64,000 nucleotides of DNA from a virus (Duplodnaviria; Caudoviricetes). Location: IMG/VR virus record IMGVR_UViG_2693429820_000003; one strand, written 5' to 3'. The position numbers and the translations under genes are program-made. The notes below the pieces were generated by a model, which did not search any database, was not told where the DNA came from, and saw only the letters and a program-made list of their open reading frames with translations. Shown piece by piece: positions 1-9,270 of the stretch. Each line of letters starts with the position of its first letter. Position 1 is the stretch's first letter.

Positions 1-558
1 ATGCTGCTTGACCGTCATCAATCACAACTGCTGATCGTCGATATCCAGGAACGATTGCTGCCGGCCATGGTGGCGCCCGACTCATTGATCGCCAATGTAC
101 AAAGACTCTGCGTTGGCGCCCGCGAACTCGCCGTGCCGATCACCGTTTCGGAACAATATCCGAAGGGCATCGGCGCGACGGTTACCAGCGTGCGCGAGGC
201 GGCGGGCGATGGCGCGCTGGTGCTCGACAAGCTGCATTTCTCCTGCGCCCGCGACGATAAGATCGCCATGCGCATCAACGAACTCGGCCAGGTGCACCAG
301 CGCAAGCAACTCGTGGTCTGTGGCATAGAGAGCCATGTCTGCGTGCTGCAGAGCGCCATCGACTTCCAGACCAGAGGCTATCAGGTCGCGGTGATCGCCG
401 ATGCGGTGTCCTCGCGCAGCGACAGTTCGAAGGCCACCGCGCTCGAACGCCTGCGCCAAAGCGGCGTCACTGTCGTGACGACCGAAATGGTTCTGTTCGA
501 ATGGCTGGAGGTCGCCGGCACCGATCAGTTTCGAACGGTGTCGAAACTGATCAAGTAG
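1..558 (+). CDS. Isochorismatase-family (cysteine hydrolase, YcaC-like) host protein
   Basis: LLIVDIQERL, SEQYPKGIG and CGIESHVCVLQSA motifs of the cysteine hydrolase fold. Confidence 0.9.
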   Translation: MLLDRHQSQLLIVDIQERLLPAMVAPDSLIANVQRLCVGARELAVPITVSEQYPKGIGATVTSVREAAGDGALVLDKLHFSCARDDKIAMRINELGQVHQRKQLVVCGIESHVCVLQSAIDFQTRGYQVAVIADAVSSRSDSSKATALERLRQSGVTVVTTEMVLFEWLEVAGTDQFRTVSKLIK

Positions 559-566
559 CGCTTTCC

Positions 567-2312
567 TTACGCCGGCTTGGTCAGGAACTCGCGCAATTCG
601 TCGAGCGACTTGAAGTGGAACAAGCCACTCGACGTTTCGGCATCGACTGAACCGTTGTCATAGAGCGTGTAGATGACGCCTTGCGATTCATAACGGCGCA
701 CGATGGTCACTTCAGGTTCGGGATCCGGAGCAGGCGTCGGCTCGAGCGCAAGTTCTGGCTCGGGCTCGGGTGCCGGCTCGGATGTCCCTGGCGCGGGCTC
801 CACCGCCAGCGGCGACACTGGCTCTGGTTCGGCCTCAGCTTTGATCTCGGGCACCGGCAACGGTTCAGGCTCAGCAGCTTCGTGTGGCGCGGCTTCGTTC
901 GGCGCGTCGTCGAGAAGCGTATGTTCCAGGCGCTCTTCGATCGTGCGCATGATGGCGGCGTGATCGCGTGGCGACACGGGCGCCGCCGGAGAAGCAGCTG
1001 GTGCGGCCGCAGGTGCAGGCTCTGCCGGTTCCGAACGCGTCACCCATTCGGGCTCCTTCGGCAGTTCGATGCCACGCAGGGCAGCATCAAGCCAGGCAAG
1101 TTCGTCCGCTTCCGTCGATTCTCCGGCCGGGCCGGCTTCAATCTGCTCAACGGCGGCGGCGGGAGCGATCTCCTCAGTGATCTCTTCTACGATCTCTTGC
1201 GAGCTTTCTTGCAAGCTTTCTTGAACGCTCTCTTGGCCCATCGGCGGGCTGGCGATATCCGCCGTCGCTGTTACGTCGTCATGCACATTGTCCTGACCAA
1301 CCGCTTCCGGTGCAGGCGGCAGCAGTGGCGACGTTTCGACAATGGGTTCGGCCAGGGGCCCTTCCGCGACCTTAGGCATCTGCGGAGGTTCGGGCGGCGG
1401 CGGCGCCGCACCGAAGAGCTTGCCTTCAATCTCAGCCTCTAGCCGTTTCAGGGTCTCCGTCGGATCAATGGACGCGGCCGGTTGGGGCGCAGGGGGCGCG
1501 ACGAGAATCGTGGGCTCAGGCGGCGCTTCAACGACCTTGGGCGGGGCTGGCGGCTCGACGGGCCGGGGCGTCGGTTCGGAGCGACGGCCGAAGATGGCAA
1601 CGCCCGCTGCGGCGGCGCTGGCGGCGCCAGCCAGCGCACCGATGGAAATACGTCCCTTCGGCGGGGGCGCAACCGGCGGCGGCGCGACGATAAAGGGCTC
1701 GGGCGCGAAAGGCTTCGGCACGGAAGGTTTGGGCGGCTCGGGCGCGTGAATGGGAGCTTCTGAGACCGCAGGCTCCGAGATCACGGGCTCAGGAATCGCA
1801 GGCGCGGCCATCACGGGCTTGGGGATCACCGGCTCATACGCCCGGATGTCCTTATGGATCTCTTGAGCCACGGTCTCGTGCAGAGAAGCGCTTTGCACGG
1901 CGGTCTCATGCACGGCGACATCAGGGGCCGGCTCCGCCTCGGCGGCAGGCACCGAGGGCACGAACGGCGGCAGCGGCGCCGGAATGGGCAGCGGCAACGG
2001 CATGTCCTGCGGGCTCGGCAAGGCATTCTGCATGCCTTGCGGCGGCCTATCGGCAAGCGGCGGACGCGACGGCGTGGCCGGGCGCGACAGCCCTTCACTC
2101 TCTTCCGAATGCGTTCCTTGGATCACCGCATCGAGCTTTGCCACGACGGCCGAAATCGCCGTCAGGATGGCACCCGCCGAAAGCAGCATCGATCCCGCGA
2201 TGAATTGCGCCCAACCCCGCTCCACCAGAACGATCGACCAGCCATTCACCATGGCGGCGATGCCGATCACGATCAGGAGCAAGCCGGCAGCAAGAATGGC
2301 AAGCCGCATCAA
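567..2312 (-). CDS. Host Pro/Ala/Glu-rich membrane-anchored protein
   Basis: Two N-terminal hydrophobic helices, long low-complexity linker, small globular C-terminus (YTLYDNGSVDAE). Confidence 0.75.
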   Translation of the reverse strand: MMRLAILAAGLLLIVIGIAAMVNGWSIVLVERGWAQFIAGSMLLSAGAILTAISAVVAKLDAVIQGTHSEESEGLSRPATPSRPPLADRPPQGMQNALPSPQDMPLPLPIPAPLPPFVPSVPAAEAEPAPDVAVHETAVQSASLHETVAQEIHKDIRAYEPVIPKPVMAAPAIPEPVISEPAVSEAPIHAPEPPKPSVPKPFAPEPFIVAPPPVAPPPKGRISIGALAGAASAAAAGVAIFGRRSEPTPRPVEPPAPPKVVEAPPEPTILVAPPAPQPAASIDPTETLKRLEAEIEGKLFGAAPPPPEPPQMPKVAEGPLAEPIVETSPLLPPAPEAVGQDNVHDDVTATADIASPPMGQESVQESLQESSQEIVEEITEEIAPAAAVEQIEAGPAGESTEADELAWLDAALRGIELPKEPEWVTRSEPAEPAPAAAPAASPAAPVSPRDHAAIMRTIEERLEHTLLDDAPNEAAPHEAAEPEPLPVPEIKAEAEPEPVSPLAVEPAPGTSEPAPEPEPELALEPTPAPDPEPEVTIVRRYESQGVIYTLYDNGSVDAETSSGLFHFKSLDELREFLTKPA

Positions 2313-2493
2313 TTTCTGCCTTCTCTCTCAGCGAAACCCGAATCAAGGGCCTAACGCTTGAAAAACTCACAAGGTCACAAAAAGAGGTGGAAATACTTAA
2401 AATTGCGTCAGAAATGACCAATCCGAAATTTTGGAACGATAACTAGCTGATTCTAAATAGCTTCACTCCACGCACCCGTACGGCGATTATATA

Positions 2494-3558
2494 TTATTCC
2501 GTCAGCTGTGTGAGAAGTGTGTGCGGACTGTGTTTTTGCATCGACTCGGTGAGGGTCTCAATCGAGGCATATGCATAGCGAGAATGACTGTCCTCGCTGT
2601 TGTGTCCGATGATGTCCTTTCGGTCCTCCTTTGACATTCCCAGTTGGCGCGTCCAGGACGCAAACGTATGACGCAAATCATGAATTCGCTTCGTGGGCAA
2701 GCCCGCCTTCTTGCGAAGAACGCCCCAACCCTCGTTGATCGAGACCCAGGGTTTACCGGTGTACGGGCTGGCAAAAACGTAGCGTGAGTTTGTGCGGGTG
2801 CGGAGCACCGACAGCGTGCGTAAAGCTGTGTCCGAGAGCGGGATCAAACGCCCCCGTTTTGTCTTCTCGCGAAGGTGGTTCAGATCGATCACCCGCTTGC
2901 GGAAATCGATCTCATCCCACTCCAGGTGGAGTGCCTCAGATTTGCGCATCCCAGTCTCCAGGATGAGCATAATGAAGAACGGCCAGAACCGATGGTCCTT
3001 GGCTGCGACGAGCAGTTTCCGAACCTCCTCGGGGCGAAGCCATCGGGGTTGGTACTTGGACTTCTTGAGGTGCTTCTTGTTGATCAACTTTATGGGGTTG
3101 AACTCAGGAGCCCCCTCCATTTCATCAGCGATACAAAACTCGATGACGGTGCTGATGGCGCTCAGTTGCAACCGTAGCTGAATGTCCGGAATTTTGTTCT
3201 CTTTACGGACGGTCTTGATGTGCAGTCGAAACCAGGCTGGCGTCATCTCAGCCAGAGCCGGATCGCCCGCTTCGTGGATGAAGCGAGCAATCAGTTTCCC
3301 GTATTGATCAAGGGTCGTCTCTCGCAATTCGTTCGGGTTCGCCGCTGCGAACACGGTCCAGGCTGTGCTGAAGCGGACGCTGTGCTGAATAACGATGTCG
3401 CTTACAGCTTTGCGTTCTCTCTCATCCGCAACTTGTTGAGCCTGTTTTCGAGTTCTTGAGCCCTTTGCGATACCTGTGGAGATGCGTTTGATCGTACCTC
3501 CGACTTGCACTTCTGCGTACCAGAAGGGCGAGTCTTCTCTACTGTACAGTTTTGACAT
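2494..3558 (-). CDS. int: Tyrosine integrase
   Basis: TGMRKSE (R), EKTK (K), HDLRH, GHN and RYA (Y) catalytic motifs. Confidence 0.95.
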   Translation of the reverse strand: MSKLYSREDSPFWYAEVQVGGTIKRISTGIAKGSRTRKQAQQVADERERKAVSDIVIQHSVRFSTAWTVFAAANPNELRETTLDQYGKLIARFIHEAGDPALAEMTPAWFRLHIKTVRKENKIPDIQLRLQLSAISTVIEFCIADEMEGAPEFNPIKLINKKHLKKSKYQPRWLRPEEVRKLLVAAKDHRFWPFFIMLILETGMRKSEALHLEWDEIDFRKRVIDLNHLREKTKRGRLIPLSDTALRTLSVLRTRTNSRYVFASPYTGKPWVSINEGWGVLRKKAGLPTKRIHDLRHTFASWTRQLGMSKEDRKDIIGHNSEDSHSRYAYASIETLTESMQKHSPHTLLTQLTE

Positions 3559-3731
3559 GTTAAATGGCCTGTTTGGGTGGACTGCAGGTGAATCTTAAGC
3601 TGCTCGCGATTCACCAGCCAAACGCCATTTAGTTGAAAGGCCCCAGGTAGCATGCCATGCCGCGCCCAGTAATAAACGACCCTTCGAGACACCCCCAACA
3701 AACCAACAACTTTAGATAACCTGACGACCAC
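3402..3731 (-). CDS. Excisionase-like HTH protein (3' part overlaps integrase start)
   Basis: LGVSRRVVYYWARHGMLPGAFQLNGVWLV winged-HTH signature directly upstream of int; GTG at 3731 follows GAGGGGG. Confidence 0.7.
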   Translation of the reverse strand: MVVRLSKVVGLLGVSRRVVYYWARHGMLPGAFQLNGVWLVNREQLKIHLQSTQTGHLTCQNCTVEKTRPSGTQKCKSEVRSNASPQVSQRAQELENRLNKLRMRENAKL

Positions 3732-3806
3732 TATAGGCCCCCTCAACTGCACAACTTCCCGTCCCCCGGGAAGTAAATCGTTAACAGTTGAGACTAATTT
3801 GAGAAC

Positions 3807-3821
3807 TTAATATTGTGTTAA
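3807..3821. promoter_or_regulatory. CtrA-type binding site
   Basis: TTAA-TATTGTG-TTAA matches TTAA-N7-TTAA in AT-rich intergenic DNA upstream of xis-int. Confidence 0.55.
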
Positions 3822-4052
3822 TTATGAATCTTGCTTCACCGCGTAATGGCGAATTACTTCTAGGACCGGGAATGGGGTTTCTAGACCACCTCGCTTGAGG
3901 AGGTCAGCCGAAATAATCAACCGGTCGACGCTCTTGGAAAGGTGCGGAAGTTCGTCTTTTGAAAAATTCCCTAACAGCTCAATTGCCAGATCCTCACTCA
4001 CAGCACCTAGGCACTCGAGTAATTCTCTACTGGTAGGCGTCGTCGTTCCCAT
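3822..4052 (-). CDS. Small hypothetical protein
   Basis: 76-aa ORF collinear with neighbours. Confidence 0.45.
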   Translation of the reverse strand: MGTTTPTSRELLECLGAVSEDLAIELLGNFSKDELPHLSKSVDRLIISADLLKRGGLETPFPVLEVIRHYAVKQDS

Positions 4053-4765
4053 ACGCGTAACTCTCCACTCATACTAAGTTTCTCACTGAGCCGACGTTTG
4101 CGCGTTCCGTGTGCAGGAAAGCCAATAATGGTTCCTCCTGCTCGTGGGAATGCACATGCACGACACAGCATGCAGTTGGTGTCGAGATAGCTCGCTGGAC
4201 ACAGAGCCACCCGATTACCTCCCGGTGTTCCGAAGCTGAGACGGCCACCAATCCGATCCCGAAAAGCACGAAGGCTTTCATCAGGGCGTTTGCTGAAACT
4301 CTCATCGACAACGGTGACGACAGGAAGTCCTGTCTTCACCAACTCGTCAGCTTCGTTTATGTCGTTCGCGGATAGGTTCACGTTGAACCCCAACGAACGG
4401 ATTTCATTGAATACACCATAGAACCTATGGTGCGTGTAGACAATTGCCTTCCGGCCGCCGTTTGCCTTCGCCAACGCACGAATCTGATCGTGGTTATTGG
4501 GCAAATCACCAGCTTGTCCGTAACGCCACACCTGATCGCGAGGCAGCTTGCGGATCGCAGCGAGAAGCTGATCGAAACTCAAAAGGTTTACAGCCTCGCC
4601 GTTCGAGACCTTGTCCCAATGCAAACGTAGCGGCCCATGCTCGGCATAGCAGCCGTTGTTCAAGAACGCGCAGGAAGTGGGACATGTATCACGTGACGAC
4701 GTGACGACAGGGATAGGACCGGTCTTCTTATTTCGCGAGACAGCGGTCATGACAAAGTTTGCCAT
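4007..4765 (-). CDS. Cys-rich phage protein (DUF7227/gp88-like, possible Fe-S)
   Basis: NKKTGPIP, TCPTSCAFLNNGCYA, AGDL, YTH, CPA..C..C..C and FPAHG motifs; ATG at 4765. Confidence 0.6.
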   Translation of the reverse strand: MANFVMTAVSRNKKTGPIPVVTSSRDTCPTSCAFLNNGCYAEHGPLRLHWDKVSNGEAVNLLSFDQLLAAIRKLPRDQVWRYGQAGDLPNNHDQIRALAKANGGRKAIVYTHHRFYGVFNEIRSLGFNVNLSANDINEADELVKTGLPVVTVVDESFSKRPDESLRAFRDRIGGRLSFGTPGGNRVALCPASYLDTNCMLCRACAFPRAGGTIIGFPAHGTRKRRLSEKLSMSGELRVWERRRLPVENYSSA

Positions 4766-4778
4766 TCTACGTTCCATT

Positions 4779-4806
4779 AAAAAACCCGCCGGAAAACCGG
4801 CGGGTT
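4779..4806 (-). terminator. Intrinsic terminator
   Basis: AACCCGCCGG-TTTT-CCGGCGGGTT followed by a T run on the minus strand. Confidence 0.75.
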
Positions 4807-4835
4807 GTGGCCTCTGATAAATTTGATGGTTGGAC

Positions 4836-5207
4836 CTAGAACACTGGGCGGAAGGTGAAGACGCCATCGTCGATGCGACAGTCGACAGCCTTCATGCTGA
4901 CCCGGATCTCACAGCCCTCCGGAACGATGTGACGGGAACAGAAATCCCCAACGCCGTTCTCTTCGATATGGATTTTGGCGTTGCCCGGAATAAAGGTGCC
5001 GCTTTTTCTCAAGGCGAGCCAGCCGGTATCCTCGTCTGTACCAACGAGAACCTCAATTTGGTCCTTGTCCTTCCACCCCAGTTCCGCAAGAACTTCTGGG
5101 GGGAAGCGAAGAAGTCCCGTGAGGCCCTCGGGTAGAGCCCGAATACCGTAGCGGGGTTCGGTGAGAATATGCCGAACGCGTCGGGTTTCCTTTTTCACAA
5201 ACGACAC
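4836..5207 (-). CDS. Hypothetical protein (possible AbrB-like beta fold)
   Basis: LRFPPEVLAELGWKDKDQIEV resembles swapped-hairpin proteins; AGGAG upstream. Confidence 0.5.
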   Translation of the reverse strand: MSFVKKETRRVRHILTEPRYGIRALPEGLTGLLRFPPEVLAELGWKDKDQIEVLVGTDEDTGWLALRKSGTFIPGNAKIHIEENGVGDFCSRHIVPEGCEIRVSMKAVDCRIDDGVFTFRPVF

Positions 5208-5295
5208 ATGCGTCTCCTGACGTTAACTGGAATAGCTAACGTCAGGTGATGTGCGTCGTTTGGATCAGCAACTAAGAGTCCTTAGACTCCTGTCG

Positions 5296-6207
5296 TTAGC
5301 GTCCTACGAGAAACTGGAAGAAGCGCGCGAGAAACGCTTGCTCTGCTGGATGCAGCTCCCGCTCCTTCATCACCTGGATCTCAACCCCGTCGATCTCCGG
5401 CTCATAGACTTTGTCCTCATCGATCCGGATCTCGTTCGTGCCCCAGTACTGGTTGATGGTGGTCTGATTGGCGTCGATGAAGTCGATGAGGTTCGCCTTG
5501 TCCATTTCCTGCAGAACCTCATAGCGGCAGACCCGCATCTTCTGACCGTGGTAGTCGCGAGGCACAGCGACCACGTCCTCTGGCCAGAAGGCACAGAGGA
5601 CCACGCGCTTGCCCGGGTCATGGAGTCCGTACGACGGCAGATAACGATAGGCGCCGAGGTGGAGACCTGTTGAGCACTCATGGTCTGGGTTCGGATCGAC
5701 GTCCTGCCAGTCGACATGAACAATCTGACCCGGCGTATTGTCGAATGTCCCGGTGTAGACGTCCCGGAAGTTACCCCGGACAACCTTCAGCGCAGCGATA
5801 CGGCCATCCGGCAGGAAGCCGAGCTGGGATTGTTCGATGAAGATCGGCAGCCGTTCCCGCGCTTTCTCGGACGGATTGCGCATCAGGCTCGCCAGAGCCT
5901 CCACCAGGGCGCCAGTCGGAAGGTCTTTCTCGATGAAGCCGAAAAGCTTGTCGACCCAGACGTTGTGAATTTCGATGCCGTCGAAGGTGACGGCGTCGCC
6001 AAACACCGAGATGCGACCGTCAGTCGACTTGCTGAGCGCGATGCGAATGTCAGCCAGCTCGCACAACGTGTCGGCATCGAGATGACCTCGGAGCAGTCCT
6101 TCAGCGATCTTGGCGAAGTTGGCGTGATCCGACGCCACGGTGAAGACGCTCTTGTGAGCGAAGAACGTAAGGCTGTTGTCAGAAATCTGAAAGGGAATCT
6201 GGTTCAT
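5296..6207 (-). CDS. rIIB: RIIB-like protein
   Basis: DG...K.V..NF.D.YTGTFDN.PG, CSTGLH, DVVAVP.DY...KMRVC.YEV; coupled to rIIA-like gene. Confidence 0.88.
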   Translation of the reverse strand: MNQIPFQISDNSLTFFAHKSVFTVASDHANFAKIAEGLLRGHLDADTLCELADIRIALSKSTDGRISVFGDAVTFDGIEIHNVWVDKLFGFIEKDLPTGALVEALASLMRNPSEKARERLPIFIEQSQLGFLPDGRIAALKVVRGNFRDVYTGTFDNTPGQIVHVDWQDVDPNPDHECSTGLHLGAYRYLPSYGLHDPGKRVVLCAFWPEDVVAVPRDYHGQKMRVCRYEVLQEMDKANLIDFIDANQTTINQYWGTNEIRIDEDKVYEPEIDGVEIQVMKERELHPAEQAFLARFFQFLVGR

Positions 6208-8339
6208 TGATGCATGTTCTCCAGTTCAAAATAGCGGTTGAGGGCCGACATCAGAATGTCGTGGTCACGCTGATAGTACCCTCCGGCACTCCCTAGGGCG
6301 TGCGAGTATCTGCTGAGTAAGGCTGGGAGGACCGGGTACTTCTTCTCAATCGAGTCCCAGCGCTCATTGAGATCAATCGACGACTTTTTCTGAGCCAATG
6401 GATGGCTGACGCCGAGTTCGCTATAGATGGTGATTAGCTTGCTCGTTGTCAGCTCCGCGACGGCGTCTTGCTTGTCTCGGCCCTTGAGGTACTTTTCATA
6501 GTCCCCGAACAACTTGAGCATCTCACTCGGCAGCGGTGCCGAGAACATCTTGTGGTGCTTGGCCATGTTGAGCAAGTTCGATCCGACACTGAACTTGCTG
6601 TTCAGAATGCGCTCGTATTCCCTCGCATCGAACTTTTTCTTCGCTTCCCCGATCAACCGATCCCCAAGCCACTCGAAGTGTGAAGGCACAGTATCGCTCG
6701 ATCGATAGACGAGGATCTTTTCATCTTCTGTGAGCAGACCCGTCTCCCGAGCCAACTGGAGCGCATAACCGATCCGGTTATCTGTAGGTCCGCCGTTGCG
6801 CAGTTTGTATCTGCGGGTCCGTCCTCCAGAGTAGCGTGTGTCAACAATGAACAGATGCTTCTCAGACAGGTCCAAATACTCAGTCCCATCGGGGTACACG
6901 TTCACCTTTGTCAGAGACTTATCCGGTCGAGCCCCTCGTTTGAGGACGGTCTTGGGTAGCACCACGTCGTCGAGACAGATAATGCCGGGGTTCTCGAACT
7001 CTTCGCGGAAAAGTGCCTTGAGTTGAGTCTTGAACGTGTCCAGGTCCGGGGGGCGGAGCCAAATGATGTTGGCCCCACTTTCCAGCGTCCCGTTGTCGAC
7101 CAAGGCCTGGATCTTCTCGCCTGACCGATACGGCTTCAATTCATAGACGAAATATTTTATCCGACAGGACACTTCGTGTGGGTTGGTGTTGGGGCTCGAA
7201 AAACGGTTTCGGTTGTGGCGAAGCGCCCCGAATGTGTACCCACCTCCCTCGACCAGGGACTGCACGGTTGCCTTGGTGCCCACGGGGATCTTGTAGAACG
7301 CATACCCCCCAACCGGCTTGCCTTCGAACGTCACCCTCTTCGCCAAGTATTCGGCAATCTTCCAATGCGTCGTTTTATGCACGTCCGAGAAGTACTCACG
7401 AACCTCACGGAAGGTCTTGAGCTTGTCCACGGCGGCCTGCATCTTCTGGACATAGACCTGTTCGAACTCACCCAAGAGGCTCTTCAGCGTCGCCTTGGTC
7501 TTGTCGTCGTAGCCCAGCTCCTCTCGCGATGTCTGCACCATCACGCTGCCGATGGGAGCATCAAACAGGACGCTAAGGTTGTTCCAGGGCCAGTTCTCGA
7601 TGCCGAGCTGCTGCAAGTTGATAGGATAAGCGACGCAACCCATCCGCACCCAAGGCCCCGAGAAGGGCGCGTTCTCGAAGTGGGTCCAATTGTCTCCCGC
7701 CTTCGCAACCTTCGGCTCCTCCAGGAGGATCGGGGTCACTTTCGGGCGCGGGTTGAAGTGCCAAAGGATTGCCTGGGCCTTCTCCATGAACAGGGCGATA
7801 TCCGAGGACCGGACTGGGAATGACACTTCCAGTCCGGCCCTCTCTTCAGGCCCAGCCGCCCGAGTCAGCATCAGTTTGCATTGAGGCATGCCACCGTTGT
7901 TGAGTGACATGACGTAATGGTGGACCCTCCCTCCGTGGAACGACGTGACATTGAACGAAGCCACGCCGCTCTCGGTGATCAAGTATGCGAATGGCGACTT
8001 GGAGCCGAGCCCAAACCCACCGACATTGTCGTTGTCGTTACCCTTCGTGCCACCGAAGAAGGTCGCGTAGACGGTGACCATCTGATCGGGACTGAGCCCT
8101 GGGCCGTAGTCACGGACCCGGAACGTCGGAACCAGACGGGTCGGCAAATGCACTTCGAAGTCGCCACGAGCTGCATCCCAGGCGTTTGTGCAGATCTCAC
8201 GGATCGGATACGCGATCTTATCCTTCGCGATACCCGACATGAGCTGGAACGCGGCTTTGGCGTTGAAATCGAACTTGAAGTTCGTGGTTTGTTCAGCGCC
8301 GGATGAAAAGTCGGTATAGTTGGGTTCAGCGAGCTGCAT
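6204..8339 (-). CDS. rIIA: RIIA-like protein (N-terminal GHKL ATPase)
   Basis: REICTNAWDA, VRDYGPGLS, GGFGLGSKSPFAY, SREELGY; ATG at 8339. Confidence 0.88.
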   Translation of the reverse strand: MQLAEPNYTDFSSGAEQTTNFKFDFNAKAAFQLMSGIAKDKIAYPIREICTNAWDAARGDFEVHLPTRLVPTFRVRDYGPGLSPDQMVTVYATFFGGTKGNDNDNVGGFGLGSKSPFAYLITESGVASFNVTSFHGGRVHHYVMSLNNGGMPQCKLMLTRAAGPEERAGLEVSFPVRSSDIALFMEKAQAILWHFNPRPKVTPILLEEPKVAKAGDNWTHFENAPFSGPWVRMGCVAYPINLQQLGIENWPWNNLSVLFDAPIGSVMVQTSREELGYDDKTKATLKSLLGEFEQVYVQKMQAAVDKLKTFREVREYFSDVHKTTHWKIAEYLAKRVTFEGKPVGGYAFYKIPVGTKATVQSLVEGGGYTFGALRHNRNRFSSPNTNPHEVSCRIKYFVYELKPYRSGEKIQALVDNGTLESGANIIWLRPPDLDTFKTQLKALFREEFENPGIICLDDVVLPKTVLKRGARPDKSLTKVNVYPDGTEYLDLSEKHLFIVDTRYSGGRTRRYKLRNGGPTDNRIGYALQLARETGLLTEDEKILVYRSSDTVPSHFEWLGDRLIGEAKKKFDAREYERILNSKFSVGSNLLNMAKHHKMFSAPLPSEMLKLFGDYEKYLKGRDKQDAVAELTTSKLITIYSELGVSHPLAQKKSSIDLNERWDSIEKKYPVLPALLSRYSHALGSAGGYYQRDHDILMSALNRYFELENMHQ

Positions 8340-8850
8340 TGAGTGCTTCCGCATAGATGTTTGGGTGATGCTGTTTGACGTGCGCGCAGATGCGCAGCGT
8401 CTCATCAGCGAGCTGATGTCGACGACGACGGAGAATGGTCAGGGCTTGGTGCTTGAGGCGGAGCGAGTAAGTCGCTTTGGTCCGCCAATCTTTGCCACGG
8501 TGTGGCTCTTCGAGCTGACCCTTGATGACCATAATCGAGTCCTCAAGGTAGATGAGTGCTTGGTCGCACTGCTCTATCGTCGTAACGTCATCAACCCGCC
8601 ATCCTTGGCTGTTGATGTACAGGGTCACGGATCGGTCTTCCTTTCGGTGCAAATGTGACTTCGCTCTCGAAGGGTCCAGCTTCGAGAGCGAGTTTTATCC
8701 AGGGGAGATATTTTTCAGGGACGCTGTGGAGACCTGGGTCGATGTCGAGCAACCAGTCGCCTGCATCTTTGGCGTGTCGACGGCTATCGGAATTGCGATA
8801 GAGCCAGTCTGCGAGGTCTTCGGCCTCCTGAGTGTCAGCGAGGCGAAGGA

Positions 8851-9270
8851 TCATGCTGCCTGCTTGATCCGGAGCACCTTCCGCCACTCGGGCTTGCCGG
8901 TGTCGAGGAAGTTGGTGATGGCTTTGGCGGCTTGTTTAGGGGTTATCCGGCTGTAGGCATAATCATCGTTACCCCCATCACCCCCAAGCGGAAAGTACAG
9001 CTCCCCGAGCGGTCCCTCGGCATTGCAAACGTAGCTTCTAGGACTGAAGTTGTCACACAGATGGGCAACCCAGCCACCTATGCAACGCACTGTTCCGCAA
9101 TCGAACTCCCCCTCGAACTCCACCATGTTGAAGATGGGCTTCTTGCAGGGGACGTAGCGGTAGATGGGCTCCTTGACATGGACGTACTCACCCGCCTGCA
9201 ACCCATCACGCACCTTCACCAGGGCGTTACGCTCCTTGATCGAGATTCCCAGATCCTTCGGCTTCAGCAT
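8851..9270 (-). CDS. Cys-motif protein, distant member of family B
   Basis: FNM...CGTVRCIGG...ITPKQAAKAITNFLDTGKP aligns by eye with 16649-17047 and 17040-17435. Confidence 0.65.
   Translation of the reverse strand: MLKPKDLGISIKERNALVKVRDGLQAGEYVHVKEPIYRYVPCKKPIFNMVEFEGEFDCGTVRCIGGWVAHLCDNFSPRSYVCNAEGPLGELYFPLGGDGGNDDYAYSRITPKQAAKAITNFLDTGKPEWRKVLRIKQAA

Noticed and set aside
700-2100. Repeat array in host gene
   Set aside because: Low-complexity Pro/Ala/Glu coding sequence with no discrete repeat unit
2330-2493. tRNA at the integration site
   Set aside because: No T-loop GTTCGA or cloverleaf on either strand
2478-2502. Possible dif-like site (GGCGATTATATATTATTCCG) at the integrase end
   Set aside because: Only the AT-rich centre resembles dif; the XerC/XerD arms do not match convincingly
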